From assembly GCA_004022145.1 (NCBI GenBank), contig RCNU01000006.1: 64,000 nt of DNA, one strand, 5' to 3'. Shown piece after piece: positions 1-12,609 of the stretch. The notes beneath the pieces are model-generated. The model saw only the letters and a program-made list of their open reading frames with translations. It had not been told where the DNA came from and searched no databases. This DNA comes from Paecilomyces variotii (lineage: Eukaryota). The first letter of the stretch is position 1. Each line of letters opens with the position of its first letter. The translations under genes were made by a program, and so were the position numbers.

Positions 1-740
1 TACCATGTCATCCTCGATATGGTCCCTACCATTGCGGAATTTTACTTTTCTGGCCGACTAGGCGGCAAGGTTAATCTGTCCGGTGTTCAGCAGTCGATCC
101 TGCTTGCGATCGGTCTGCAACGCAAGAACATCGATGACATCGAGAAAGAGCTCAGCTTGCCTTCCTCTCAGATTTTGGCCATGTTCGTCAAGATCATCCG
201 CAAAGTCTCGATGCATTTCCGTTCCCTAGTCGAAGGTGCTGTGGCAGAGACGCTCCCAGCGGAGAACGTCGCTGGTGAGCGCGACGCCAACGGCGCGCAC
301 GATGATGAAGTTGTCGATGACCGATTTCGCCCACTTGACATGGACTTGAATGAAGAACTCCGGGAGGGTGGCCAGGAAGTAGACAAGGAACTGAAAGAAA
401 AGCAGAGGGCGCTCATCGATGCCCTGCCGCTTGACCAGTAAGTCGCCCCCAGATTCCAAACAGGAGGCCTTCTCCTTTGCAGACAGTAGCACTCTATCCG
501 GAATTACAAAACAGTAACTGATTCACAGCCTCCAGATACGAGATCGATAACGGTGCCGCTGCCTGGGAGAATGCTGAGAAGCAGATCCGCGCCGGAGGCG
601 CCTCGACCGTGAGCATCAAGTCGTCCAAGACTCAAAAGCGCAAGGCGGGTGAAACCGCACGCGAGATCTATGACCAGGAAATCGAGTCTAAGAAGCAGAA
701 GAAGATCAGGAAGGGAACTGAGGGCAAGAAGAGATCGTGA
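1..740 (+). CDS. KRE33: RNA cytidine acetyltransferase (Kre33/NAT10), 3' part only
   Basis: Translation YHVILDMVPTIAEFYF...LSGVQQSILLAIGLQRK...LPSSQILAMFVKIIRK matches the Kre33/NAT10 C-terminal region. Intron 438-535 (GTAAGT...CAG); last exon YEIDNG...KKRS stops at TGA 738-740. Confidence 0.88.
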
Positions 741-1091
741 TCTTCTTTCACGAACCCTTTACTTGTCGGATTGTTCCTATAAGAAGCCCTTTTTTGGCTG
801 GAGTTTCTTTGCATTAGAGAATGGTGTTAATTGGTATCAGGGGCACTATTTGTGATGATTCTACAATGGCTTCTCATCTGGTTTTAACTAAATACTTAGT
901 ATGTATATAGACCTTTTTTCCAGCTCGATGACGGCCTAAAAGTTTGAGAAAAAATAGTCAATTGTTCTTTTTATTCGAGTATTTCCATTCCAAGATGGTG
1001 AATTGCAATGTAGGCAATAGTACTCCAGTGCAGACAATCCGTCATATAAGTAAGTTACGCAAACAAATAAATCCGACTCGCAGCTTTCCTT

Positions 1092-2606
1092 TCACAGTTC
1101 ATCATGCTCATCCTCTCCCTCCTTCTGCTGAGCAATCACACCTGCAGGGAGTTTCTCCTTCGAACCCTCGCCCAGTCTGACCGCATCCACCCACGCCTCG
1201 ATTTTGTTGAGTCCATAATCGCCGTTCTCGCCAGCATCATAGTGTCTCCACCACCCTCTGCGACCATTCAAGGCGATGATCTCGATGCTCTTGTCATCTG
1301 CCGGTAGACCCAACGATTCACGCAGAGTCTTGGAGCCGGAATTGATGGCGGGAACGTTGTAGAATGGGAAGGTCTTGCCCCTTACCTGGTGAAGCTTGTG
1401 GGAGACTGTGGACAGGCTTGTGAGAGCTTCTTTTGCTGGGGCAGGAAGCTCAGCGTCTGGTTTCTCGGGGTTAGGGAAGAGGGCGAGAACGCATGTGCTG
1501 GACTTGGGAGTCAGACAGGCGGACTCGAGAGATTCGGGAGTAGATAGTATCTCGAGTGGTGGAGGGTGGATAGGAACCTCGACAGGCTTGGACTCCTTCG
1601 CGTCATCAGGTACGACTTTGGGATCGGGCGACTCTGTAGGTTTCAGATCTTCGGCCTCGTTCACTATTGACGGTTTTGTGGACTTCTTGGAGGATTTGGA
1701 AGACTTTGCCTTGGCTTTGGCATGAGCAGGGGCAGGGTCCGGGTTTGGCGCAGCAACCTGACTCAGGAATTCGACGATCGGTTTCTTCTTCAGCTCTCCA
1801 TCGTACACAATGTGTTCTTTGTCGCCGCCAGGGAGCAGGATGAGTGTAGGGTACGATGTAATACCGAACTTCTTAACTGTCTCGGATTCCTTGCTACGGA
1901 TCTGAGCCACCTTGATAGAACCCAGGAAGTCAATGGCAACGGACTTCAGAAGAGCACCAGTGGTGCCCTTATCCGTGAACAGAATAGCCTTAGGGACGTC
2001 CTTGTCCTCAGACAACCATTCATCGACGTCCTTGTCGCTCAGACGCTTGACGTGATTAGGTATCCGTTCCACCACAGCGTCGACGATCGCCTTTGCGCTC
2101 CTTGCTCCTTTGTAATCTTCAACTCGAGGCTTTCCTGGTTTCTTGGAGGGCGTCACGATCTTGAGGGTGGGGAAGCCTTGGACGCCCATCCGGCCACAGA
2201 ACGGCTTGTTCGCATCATCGTCGCAATTCACTGCGGCAACCTTGGCCAGTCCTTCGAGATTCTTGGCTGCTTTCTCGTACGCCGGCTTGAGATTCTGGCA
2301 ATGACCACACCATGGGGCATAAAATCTGCAGGGACGCTTGTGAGGAGCTTGTGACGGAGAGGGCGGAGGATAAATGCGATTAACTTACTCTACTATCTGT
2401 TGTAGTTACCACTGTTAGCGGACATCATTAGTCGAGAATCACCATGTGGAACTTACCGATGTGTGATTTGAATTGGCGATTAACTGGTCATAATTCCTGT
2501 GGTCAACCTGAAGAACGGAGGAGCTCTTTGGATACAAGCCGTCAGCATTGACAGGTAGCGTAGCCAGAAGTGATGCAATCAGTAAGAACGCGGGGTTCTG
2601 CATCAT
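1092..2606 (-). CDS. prpA: ER protein disulfide isomerase-related protein (PrpA/Mpd1 type)
   Basis: Signal peptide MMQNPAFLLIASLLATLPVNA; 8-nt micro-exon 2389-2396; active site EFYAPWCGHC; C-terminal HDEL retention signal. Confidence 0.9.
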
Positions 2607-2977
2607 GATGAAGACTTGACTGTCACTATATCAGTCTAGATTCAGTTAAGGTCATTACAGCTGTATCATGGTAGTCAGTGAAATTGGAAGTGCTTGGAAG
2701 GTTCCTCTGTACTGGTTTGGGAGCTATGGAGTTAAAGGTGTCCTGAAGCTCTTGGCGTCGACAACATCCCTGCGGGTTGCACACGGGCTTCCGCATACTT
2801 GGTGAATTGTTAGGAAAACCGCACACGAAACATCATTGGAATCAAATCTCTTCTGTATTAGAGGACATCGACTCGACGTTTCTCACTTTTAAGACTGACT
2901 GGTAAAGCGCTGTCTGTCTTGCAGCCTGAATAACATTACCTATTCCTTTCTTTATCTACAGCTGCTTCGCATCTAGA

Positions 2978-4507
2978 ATGCCCGAGGAGACAGACGGCCC
3001 GTCCAAGCCATTGGATATTTGCGCCTTGCCTCAAGAACTTTTCTTCATGATACTGAATTATCTTGAACCTCCAGATGTTATCCGTTGCCGTCGTGTCTGC
3101 AAGTCCTGGTACAACGCCTTTGGTAATCCAACCAACCTTATCCCGCTGCTAAAGAAATGGTATCCTCTTGCCAAGGAAGTCAGGGAGTTGCGTGAGAAGG
3201 GAATTCTCAATGACCTGAACTTGAAAGGCGAAGAGTACCGTTACTGGCAAAGAATATTTGACCGAGTAACCTCACGATACGACCATCTTGCAAGAGGAGA
3301 ACCGCGTTCTATCAGGAAATTCAGGTTATGTCTTGACAATCCTGATTATTCGAGCAAATGGTTTCAAGTCCCACCATGGGAGAGCCACAAAAGTCACCCG
3401 AATGGGAGAGTCGACAAAATCTTCAAGCAAGTATTCTGGACGTATGAGGACGGACTTCTGGTCTATCCCAGCGAAGTGCATCACTCTCTCGTTCTCCTGG
3501 ACCTCAATACTGACGCTACCTTTGTCGTACCGTTCCCTATAAGTAATAAAGTTATCCGCAGGGTTCGCCTACAGGATAAGCTCCTTATTGTTGAATGGGC
3601 AGAGCCTAATATCTTCCACTGGTTAAATGATGATGACGGTGTCCATCGTCACTTCGCCTCTTCCTTTGACATCCGGCCAGAAGGAGAAGGTTGGGATATC
3701 ACTTTCCGAAATGAATGGAAAATTATGTTCCTCGGACACCCACTGAGCGAGAGAGATCGTTTCTTCTCATCTCACGATAACACACATTATGTTGTATACG
3801 CATGGCAGCCGAACCGCAGTCTTTATACGGGCGACGAAGATGCTCCAATTGAATCACTTTTCGTCTGGGACATATCGCAGCCTTCATCTTACAGGCCGTC
3901 TCTAGATCCGACTGGGCGTGAGAAAGGAGACGACTCTGAAAATGGACCCACGACTGTTGCTCGCCTTGGATTCAGAGACCTGGGCTTTTATTCAGTCAGA
4001 CAGAGAGGATGTCCGAGAATTATGAAGCTGGACATTAACAGCGAGGCTTGTACCGTAGATATTACGGAGAACGTGTCCATGGTACCTGGAGACCCCTATG
4101 CCAACCCACAAGAATGGAACTGTGACCTTCAAACGATAAGCATACCCTTCCACGGCCATGGCCCTTGTTGGAAGCGCAATGCAGGTATTTCGTTGCCTGC
4201 ATACCGTGGAAATAGTGGCATGCAGCCTGCTCCTCTGACGACAGAGTTTCCCTGGTACCGTATAATATCTGAGACCTCTGACCCGCAGGCTCAGGTCAGT
4301 TTCAGCATCCTCTCTCAGCATATAAGTGTGTTTGGGTTGACGGGATTCTTCCTCACCACGGTGATACGAACACCGTATTCTTGCACCACCATGAGCCACG
4401 AAGGATTACCTGAGATATCATACAAAGGTATGATTTGTGGTAACGAGAGATATGTTATTGGTGAAAGCAAAAACAATGAGCTCGTTGTTTTCCAATTTGA
4501 CAGATGA
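2978..4507 (+). CDS. F-box domain protein
   Basis: Intronless 509-aa ORF with N-terminal F-box pattern LPQELFFMILNYLEPPDVIRCRRVCKSW. Confidence 0.85.
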   Translation: MPEETDGPSKPLDICALPQELFFMILNYLEPPDVIRCRRVCKSWYNAFGNPTNLIPLLKKWYPLAKEVRELREKGILNDLNLKGEEYRYWQRIFDRVTSRYDHLARGEPRSIRKFRLCLDNPDYSSKWFQVPPWESHKSHPNGRVDKIFKQVFWTYEDGLLVYPSEVHHSLVLLDLNTDATFVVPFPISNKVIRRVRLQDKLLIVEWAEPNIFHWLNDDDGVHRHFASSFDIRPEGEGWDITFRNEWKIMFLGHPLSERDRFFSSHDNTHYVVYAWQPNRSLYTGDEDAPIESLFVWDISQPSSYRPSLDPTGREKGDDSENGPTTVARLGFRDLGFYSVRQRGCPRIMKLDINSEACTVDITENVSMVPGDPYANPQEWNCDLQTISIPFHGHGPCWKRNAGISLPAYRGNSGMQPAPLTTEFPWYRIISETSDPQAQVSFSILSQHISVFGLTGFFLTTVIRTPYSCTTMSHEGLPEISYKGMICGNERYVIGESKNNELVVFQFDR

Positions 4508-5057
4508 AGTCCAGCACATCTTGGGTAGAGCATATACCCTTCTGGTCGTCGCCAGCTACGCTGTGTTGGCAATAATGCCGTGCAAATACCATTCGCATCC
4601 AGGTAAAGGCGCCTGATTTCCGCCACATTCGTATCTTTCCTATTGCAAGGCCTAGGGAACATCTCGCAATCAGGCTCCTACGTGCTCAGCCGATAGCCTG
4701 GTCTGGATGTTAGGCTATTTGTCTCATCTGTTTACGCCGTCGCGGACTTTCACCCTGGTTAAGGAACCAGTAGGTAGGGGCTCGGACCTTGTCAGTTATC
4801 CCGACCAACGGCAAGCTCCAAGGATGAATTCAAACATGACTCTTCGTGGACCTTTTTACGAGGCGGCGCCACATCTTCAGAATTGGTTAGATCAAGGTCA
4901 TATGGCCTGTGTAAATACCACAAAGCCTCCGAGTGGGAGTGCCCATGGATTTCAGCTATCGCTTTTATCCGTCCTGCCCGGTTTAAACCCCGAAGAACTG
5001 CTTTTCTCGCCATTTTAAACAGCTGCAACGATATACATAGTGAGCATGCAACGATAT

Positions 5058-5786
5058 GCGGGGCGGCTAATCGAAAACACCCCTCCTCTTTGCCTCAAAA
5101 GAAAGCGATAGATCTCCGAGTTGCCTCCGACCTAGGTGAATGCCCCAATAAACGAGATCCTGTGGGTCTGGGGATGGCATAGCGTCCGAATGTTGATTTA
5201 GGTAGATTCAACGTCCTACATCGCTCATCGAGTAGTTCGTATTTCGGAGCTGGAATCGCTCGCGACGCTGCTCCTGTCTAATTATTACCACTGTTGCGAT
5301 GATCTCGGCGGCCTGTGAAGGGAAACAGACCACCTCAGTCTCCTAGACCGTGTTGCATCCTGTCTAGTTCGAACGAATTCTAACATTAGTAGTATTCAGC
5401 TCACGGATTCTAGACCACTGGATCTAGCATTCAAACAAGCTCCGACTCCGTGCTTTCCCCCGTGATTTCTCTCAAAACGCCTCTGTCCTATTTAACCGGC
5501 TATACAACCGGACACTACAACCGGTGCAACGATACCCCATGATGTCTTGGCCAGGCAGGATCTTTGTTCCACGTGGCTATCGCCTAATTGTCGTAGTTAT
5601 TGGTGGATTGCCCATGAGGAATCGATCTTGCATGTCCACCACGCTACCCCGGACCCCAGATAGTACGGGTGCGGGGAGCTCGTAACCATGGGGAAAAGAA
5701 TATAATCTCCTCCTTAGTCGCATGTTACTATCACAGAGTGATCATTTCCTTGCCTGCGGGTTCCCCTTCTCTTGGACATCCCGGGG
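5058..5786 (+). promoter_or_regulatory. Candidate XlnR (GGCTAA) and CreA (SYGGRG) sites upstream of the sugar porter
   Basis: GGCTAA at 5065-5070. SYGGRG matches at 5058, 5168, 5647 (reverse), 5654 (reverse), 5671 and 5781. Confidence 0.45.
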
Positions 5787-5849
5787 CATTGTCATATTCG
5801 AAAACAATATAGTCTACAACGAGGACTTCGAGGGTCCACGTTGGTCACA

Positions 5850-8444
5850 ATGGGTGGTGCTGATACAACAGTGGCTCTCAATGCCGCTGCTACGGCGCGC
5901 AAGCAAGCTCTTGCAGGTCCCTCTGGCCCTGCTGGTTTGGTTCAAAACGCAAAGGTGTTTGGAATTGCACTGTTCGCTTGTCTTGGAGGGTATTGTTCTC
6001 TGCCTCAATGTCATATTTAACTTATATGCTAACTAAGTATATAGGTTGCTCTATGGTTACAACCAGGTAGGTGTTCCGGTCTAAGCCTACTGTCGAGTCG
6101 TTGCCTAACGATATATTCTCTGGACAGGGTGTTTTCTCTGGAGTCCGTAGGTTCCCCTGATCATGCAGAGAATTAAGCAGCTCGCTAACCAGACTTGCAA
6201 GTGGCGATGTATTCCTTCGACGAACATGTATGCTCTAATCCTTATGTTTAACCATTGCAGTCTATTGATGATACTATCTAGATGGGAGATGCTGTCACAA
6301 ACACCACGAAGAAAGGATGGCTAACGTGTATGTTCTCAATTATCTTAATCTCAACAACGGGCATTTCACTGACGATGTATGTACAGCAATTCTCGAACTC
6401 GGTGCTTGGACGGGGACCTTATATTCTGGCGTACTTGCAGAACGCATTTCTCGTAAATATACAATTCTCGTCAACGTCGTTATATTCTGCATTGGTGTTA
6501 TCGTCCAGACTACTGCTTCTGTTGGCGGCTCTTCCAATATTTTGGGTGGTCGGTTCGTCACCGGTATGGGCGTTGGAAGGTATGTATACGTGTAAAAGAG
6601 ACTGTTATGAGAATTACCTTGCTGATAATTAGTCTTCAGTCTCTCAATGTGTGTCCCGATGTACAATGCTGAGGTGGGGTAGTCTCATATGGAGTTGAGG
6701 ATCACCAGCTAAGGCATTATAGATCGCGCCCCCTGAGGTGAGAGGATCTTTGGTTGCGTTACAACAACTTGCCATTACTTTCGGAATCATGGTGAGTCTA
6801 GTTATTCTCAGTTTCTCAATTACCACCTTGCTAACTTAGAACACGTAGGTATCTTTCTGGTCAGTATCAGTTTCTCTCAAAAGATCACGCAACCTGACAC
6901 AACAGATAGGATTGACTATGGCACGAATTACATCGGCGGTACGGGATCAACCCAAAGCGAAACCGCTTGGTTGCTCCCTCTGGCTCTGCAGCTCATCCCT
7001 GCTATTCTTCTCGGCGCTGGAATGCTATTCATGCCCTTCTCTCCCAGATGGCTCGTCCATCATGACCGCGAGGAAGAGGCCAAAGATGTTCTTGTCAGTC
7101 TCCGTGGGCTTCCTCGTGACCACCCCCTTCTCGAACTGGAGTTCCTGGAGATAAAGTCTCAGAGTCTCTTCGAGAAGCGAACAGAGAAGGAGAAGTTCCC
7201 ACACCTCGAAAGATCCAATACGTGGAGCTATATCAAGCTGGAAGCAGCAGGATTCGGTAGTCTCTTCAAGACATGGCCAATGTTCAGACGAGTCATGGTG
7301 GCTACTGGTACGCACTACTTGAATTCTGGTCATGTTGCCTGCATACTCTTGATATAACCACCTCGCTAACGCACACGACATCACAGTGACAATGACCTTC
7401 CAGCAATGGACCGGCGTCAATGCCGTCCTGTACTATGCTCCATCCATCTTCGCTCAACTCGGCATGAGCAGCAACACCACATCTCTTCTAGCGACAGGCG
7501 TTGTTGGAATAGCAATGTTCCTCGCAACTGTGAGCATCCTTCCGAAACTTCGCACTTCACTCCTTAACAATCTCCAGATCCCCGCCGTGATGTACATTGA
7601 CCGTCTTGGTCGCAAACCCGTTCTGGTAGTAGGCGCCATCGGAATGGCCTCTTGCCACTTCATCATCGCAGCTATCTTCGGTCAGAATGAACACCAATGG
7701 GACACCCACAAGGCAGCAGGATGGGCTGCCGTCGCCATGGTATGGCTCTTCGTCATTCACTTTGGATATTCCTGGGGGTAAGTGGCCATCATTGCTTGAT
7801 GCATAACGCAGAGATATATCGATATACTAACAATGAACCTACAGCCCTTGCGCATGGATCGTCATCTCTGAAATTTGGCCATTGAGTGTCCGCGCCAAGG
7901 GAATCGCATTGGGCGCATCTGCGAGTATGTTCCGCCCTTCCACCTGTTCTCCCTATCCACAGTAGAAATGAACTCCATGAACAATGACAATAAAAATCAA
8001 TACCTGACTAACACCAAAACCATCTATCAGACTGGATGAACAACTTTATCGTCGGCCAAGTCACCCCCGATATGCTCACGGGAATCACATATGGAACCTA
8101 TATCTTCTTCGGCCTAATCACCACCCTAGGAGCTCTATTCATTGCCTTCTTGGTTCCTGAGACGAAGCAGCTATCTCTGGGTACGTCTACGTCTACGTCA
8201 TGCTGTCCTCATCCTTATCCTTATCCACTCGTTATGTTTATCTTTCTCCATTCGGTCAATCAATTAACTTGTTCTTGTCTTTTCTACAGAGGAAATGGAC
8301 GTCATCTTTGGCTCTGAGGGTACCGCTACCTCGGACCATGAGCGCCAGACTGAGATTTCTCGTGAGGTCGGACTTGATGATGCCTTGGCGAAGCTAACGT
8401 CCGCGGGGGTTACAGAGGTCAGACATGATGAGTCGAAGGCATGA
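5850..8444 (+). CDS. MFS sugar porter, XUT1/XtrD-like pentose/monosaccharide transporter (about 14 introns)
   Basis: Spliced translation MGGADTT...GGLLYGYNQGVFSG...ERISRK...PMYNAEIAPPEVRGSLVALQQLAITFGIMVSFWIDYG...PFSPRWL...QQWTGVNAVLYY...DRLGRK...PETKQLSLEEMD shows the sugar-porter signatures. Stop TGA at 8442-8444. Confidence 0.9.
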
Positions 8445-9115
8445 GAAGAAGAAAGGCGTGTTGGTATCTGCAACGCGTCTTGACACTGTTGTCGGAGAGC
8501 GTTTCTTGTGAATTCCTGAAAAGAAACTAAGGTTTGAGTTTAGTCAGTAATGATATGTACAATGGAAGAGGTGCGGTCCATGTCTATCTAGCTTCCAAGG
8601 GGTTACGACAGGGAAATAAGAGACAGGAGAAATGCGTTAGGTAGTTAATATGGGTTTGAAATGCAGTTTCATGCATTGTCCTGCATACAATTCAACTTAT
8701 TGAGGTAAAATTTTGTTTTTGTGAGTTGTGTTAGCCAGCGTTGAAAGGAGAGGTTCTAGGATACAATTTGGACGCGTGTGATATGCCCTCCTATTCCGCC
8801 GCTGGTTTCCGCTTGCCGCTACCTACTTGGCAATATCCTATAGAATAGCCGCTACAGAGACGACAAGGCCGTGACATTTACAGTCATAACATACAGAAGA
8901 ACTTGAAACCGTTGCGACGATTGTACTCTAGAGTTCCCATTATATGATTATTAGGAGCATCTCGAGGAATTTGAGACATCATCATCTCTATGGTTGTGTC
9001 TTGCAACAGTCCAGAGTTTCTGTCCCCGTGGGTAAGGCGAGGGAATTGGGGCAAATCCTCGCCGAGCCTGGATGAATCTGAAGGAAACATATCCGCAAAA
9101 CCATGACTCTTCCAA

Positions 9116-10424
9116 TTAGTAGGCGCCATGTCTGAACTTACAGCCCACGCAGGCCTTCTTCCCGCATCCAGGGCAAGTAAGGGTATACAAGGGCTCGAAA
9201 CGATGGCAAGCATCGCACTCCTTTTTCAAGAACTCCCTGGTCCACATGCCGAGGTGCGGGCAATCTTCAGGATCGTTGCCAGGAATCATTGGCCTGGCTT
9301 GGGGGAAGGAGAGGCGGAGATCTTCAACGAAGCCACAAAATGTTTCGAGAACCATGCCTTCTAGCTCAGCCCGGAGATCATTGAGAGTGTACCGATGACT
9401 GGGATGGGTGAGCTTGTAGTTGAAGTAAGGGGTAAGTCTGGCCATATCGTAGGGCTTGCCATCTTCAGATTCGGAGTCGGATTCGGAGTACTTGGTGGTA
9501 CTATTGTCGCTGGCGCATCTTGCTGCCATGTCTCCGATATCTCGGGTCAAAGATGCGATCTCGTCCGTCTCCTGATCAGAGGGAGTCTGCTCTTCACTAT
9601 CGTCATCATCATCCTCCTCCTCATCGTCGCTGCCATAGTAGGACCCTGAGTATTCGTTCTCCGAATATTCATCACTGAAGTCAGGAGAGCTATCAACATC
9701 GCTATCAATGAACGCAGCGCTGGTATTGTTGGCCTTTTCTGCCTCGATATCAGTCCGCGCATCCTGCTTCAACGATTCCTTCATATCCTCGATAGCATTC
9801 TCAATGTCATCTCTGAACAGGCGAGCTTTCATTCCGTCTCTACGACATTTCTGCCTTGCCAGCTCCATTTCCACTTCTCGTCTAGCAGCTTCTTCTTCAA
9901 GCCTCTTCTGCTCCTCTTCTTCCCGTTTGAACTTAGCTTCCATCTCAGCAGCCTCCGCCCAAGCATCTCGTGGAACTGCGCCTGGGTCCATATGGGTAGC
10001 ATTATGGTAGCTGGACATGTAGCGGTCCCAGGCATTGTTTAGATCCCATTTCCTGCCACCATAAGGCGTCCAGCCAGTATAGCCAGGACCTCCAAACTCT
10101 GGATCATCCTGGAGGACAACGCTCCAATGCTTGTTCTTCTGGCTTAGGTCTTTGTCATGTTTCTTCCGCTTGGTAGGATCGCGTAGGACCTCGACTGCTT
10201 CCTGGATCTGTAGATCATATTACTATTGTCAGATAAAAGAAATGTTTGTAAAATAGAGAACTGCCTACCTTTCTGAACGTGGTCAGTGCCTTGTCTTCGG
10301 TACCTGCCTTATCAGGATGGTGCTTGAGGGCGAGCTTCTTGTAGGCAGAATTGATGTCTTTGACTGACGCATCTCGAGAGACACCAAGAACCGCATAGTA
10401 ATCCACCGTTGCTGAACTCGTCAT
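9116..10424 (-). CDS. DnaJ (J-domain) protein with acidic region and C-terminal Cys cluster
   Basis: Exon 1 [13 protein letters not shown]...[13 protein letters not shown] contains the HPD motif. Intron 10208-10268; exon 2 runs in frame into ORF 9116-10018. Confidence 0.85.
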
Positions 10425-11357
10425 GTCGTGTCTTTGGGAATATACTATGGTAATCAAATAGTAGAGATGACACTGTAGAACGGAGAAGTGATGATGAGAG
10501 TCACGCAGATGTCCTAAGACGGTGTCGGATTGAAGGCACTTGTTTTCGAGGATGTTTGGGACGCTGCGCTCTATCTTGATGGTGATGACAGCCCTGAGGT
10601 GATGTTATCAGTCAAGGCGCCGTGCAAAGTTTGGCCGTTGACTGTTTAGAGATTTTCTGTTGACAGCGCCTGGATGGTGTCAAAAACTTGTAAGTGGAAG
10701 GAGATCAGGAAGATTCGTTGGCAGTTGCGCGAATACATAGAGCCGTCCATAAGAGGAGAAAAACACAGTGAATCAAACGGATTGCCTGCAGCTAGCCGCA
10801 GATGTTCAGTGAACAGCACTTCATGCAAGTGAAGATGTCACTTGGGACGGAAGGTACCTGGACTGCTGCGGGTTCCCTTTGTAGAGGGCGATGGTTCTGC
10901 TTCTAATATTCACTCAGCGAACCACAACAGTATATGGATGCAGGAGCCCGCCGCAGAAACGCCCAGAGTTCTACCATTTACCCAATACTGTCATTTCTAC
11001 CTGGATAAACAGCGCATTCTGTTCCTGCATGGATTTGCTTCTTCGAGATTGTCACTCGAGACAAGATCAGCTCAAAATACTAAACATCGTGACTATAGTT
11101 ATCCTCCCGGATAGTACGCCGCGAAAGATGATCGCAGCTGACACTGACAAGTATGCAATGGCACAAAGTATCCGTCCAGATACAAGTGGAACTTCATTAG
11201 CTAGCTTGAGGGACATGTCACCTCAGATGATAGGAATTGCATAAAGGAAACGTTGGTCAGATTGTATCTTGTTTTACAAGGTTGGTGTGGGTCTAGGTAT
11301 GTATGGACAATTCTGCACACGAGGCGATTCCTCCTGGCAGCATCACGTTGACAGATT

Positions 11358-12609
11358 TTACATGTCCTCACTAGCAGTAGCACCAGTGATAATCTCGACC
11401 AGTTCACCGGTAATGGCGGCTTGACGCTGTCTGTTGTACAAGATCTGGAACCTGCAGAAGAGTTAGATCGAGGATACACGGACTCGGGGTTGCTGCGGTT
11501 TAACTGCCATACCTGTTGATCATGTCACCAGCGTTGTTGGAAGCGTTCTGTCACCATGGTCAGTATATCACGGACTTATAGCGGTACTGGTTAGTTGAAC
11601 TTGCCTCCATTGCGTTGCGACGAGCCTAGAGTGAAAAGTCAGCACCTCCATTCAATCGACCCATGGAAATGCGGCGGTACTTACAGAGATCTCAGCAGCG
11701 TGGCCTTCGGCAAGAGCCCAGTACAGGTTGTTGGCGAGAGCGTACTCGCGGAGGTTCTTGAGAACCTCATCGTCCACCTCATAAGCGGAGATGTTGGCTT
11801 CAAACATCAGTCAACAACGAGTCATTCTTCTCAGGAAATACACAGAATTCGTCACATACGGGACTGGGTGATCGCCTCCTCGGAGTAAGCCTCGATGACC
11901 TCGGGCTCGTAGCTCTGGGCGTTGACGAACTTGTTGTAGATCACCTTGATGCTGGAGTAGTCGGTCGGAAGCAGGGCAATCTGGTCAGCGATGGCCTGGG
12001 CGTCGGCGAAAGTCGGGACGTCCTTGCAGACGTTGGAGAAGCTCAGAACGATGTTGTTGGCATAGACTCTGCCCAGCTGAGCCTTAGCCTTCTCGCCCAG
12101 GATGACGAGATCGGCCTCAGGGTTCTCCGCCAGGTGTTTGCGGGTAGCCTTGCTCAGACCGGAATGGATACCACCGCAGAGACCCTTGTCGGAAGAGGCG
12201 ACGACATAGAGGGTCTTCTGGCCCTCCACAGCCTTGGTCTCCGCCTTCTCGAAGAGGGTGTTGGAAGTCGAACCGTAGGAACGGGACTCCTCCATGGCCT
12301 TCTGGGCACGGGTGAGACGAGTGGAGGCGATGACCTTCATGGTGTTGGTGATCTTCTCGATGTTCTTGATGGACTTGAGACGGCCCTCAATTTCACGCAG
12401 AGTCGCGAAGGTGGCGGCATTGGGAGGAGCAGTGCTTGGAATCGTCAGCCAATGCCACTTTGGAAGACATCTGGGATCGATAGATCGCGCATTGAATCGT
12501 GTTTGGCGGCGCACAGATGGGGATCTAATGTTTGCGCTGGGTCAGAGACTTACCGAGTGAGAGCGGCACTGCCGGCCTTCAGGGCCGGGCGCGCAGCGCG
12601 AGAGAACAT
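11358..12609 (-). CDS. ATP3: Mitochondrial F1 ATP synthase gamma subunit
   Basis: Presequence MFSRAARPALKAG; ATLREIEGRLKSIKNIEKITNTMK; SSDKGLCGGIH; final exons ARRNAME/NASNNAGDMINR/FQILYNRQRQAAITGELVEIITGA. One intron is GC-AG (11548-11604). Confidence 0.96.
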
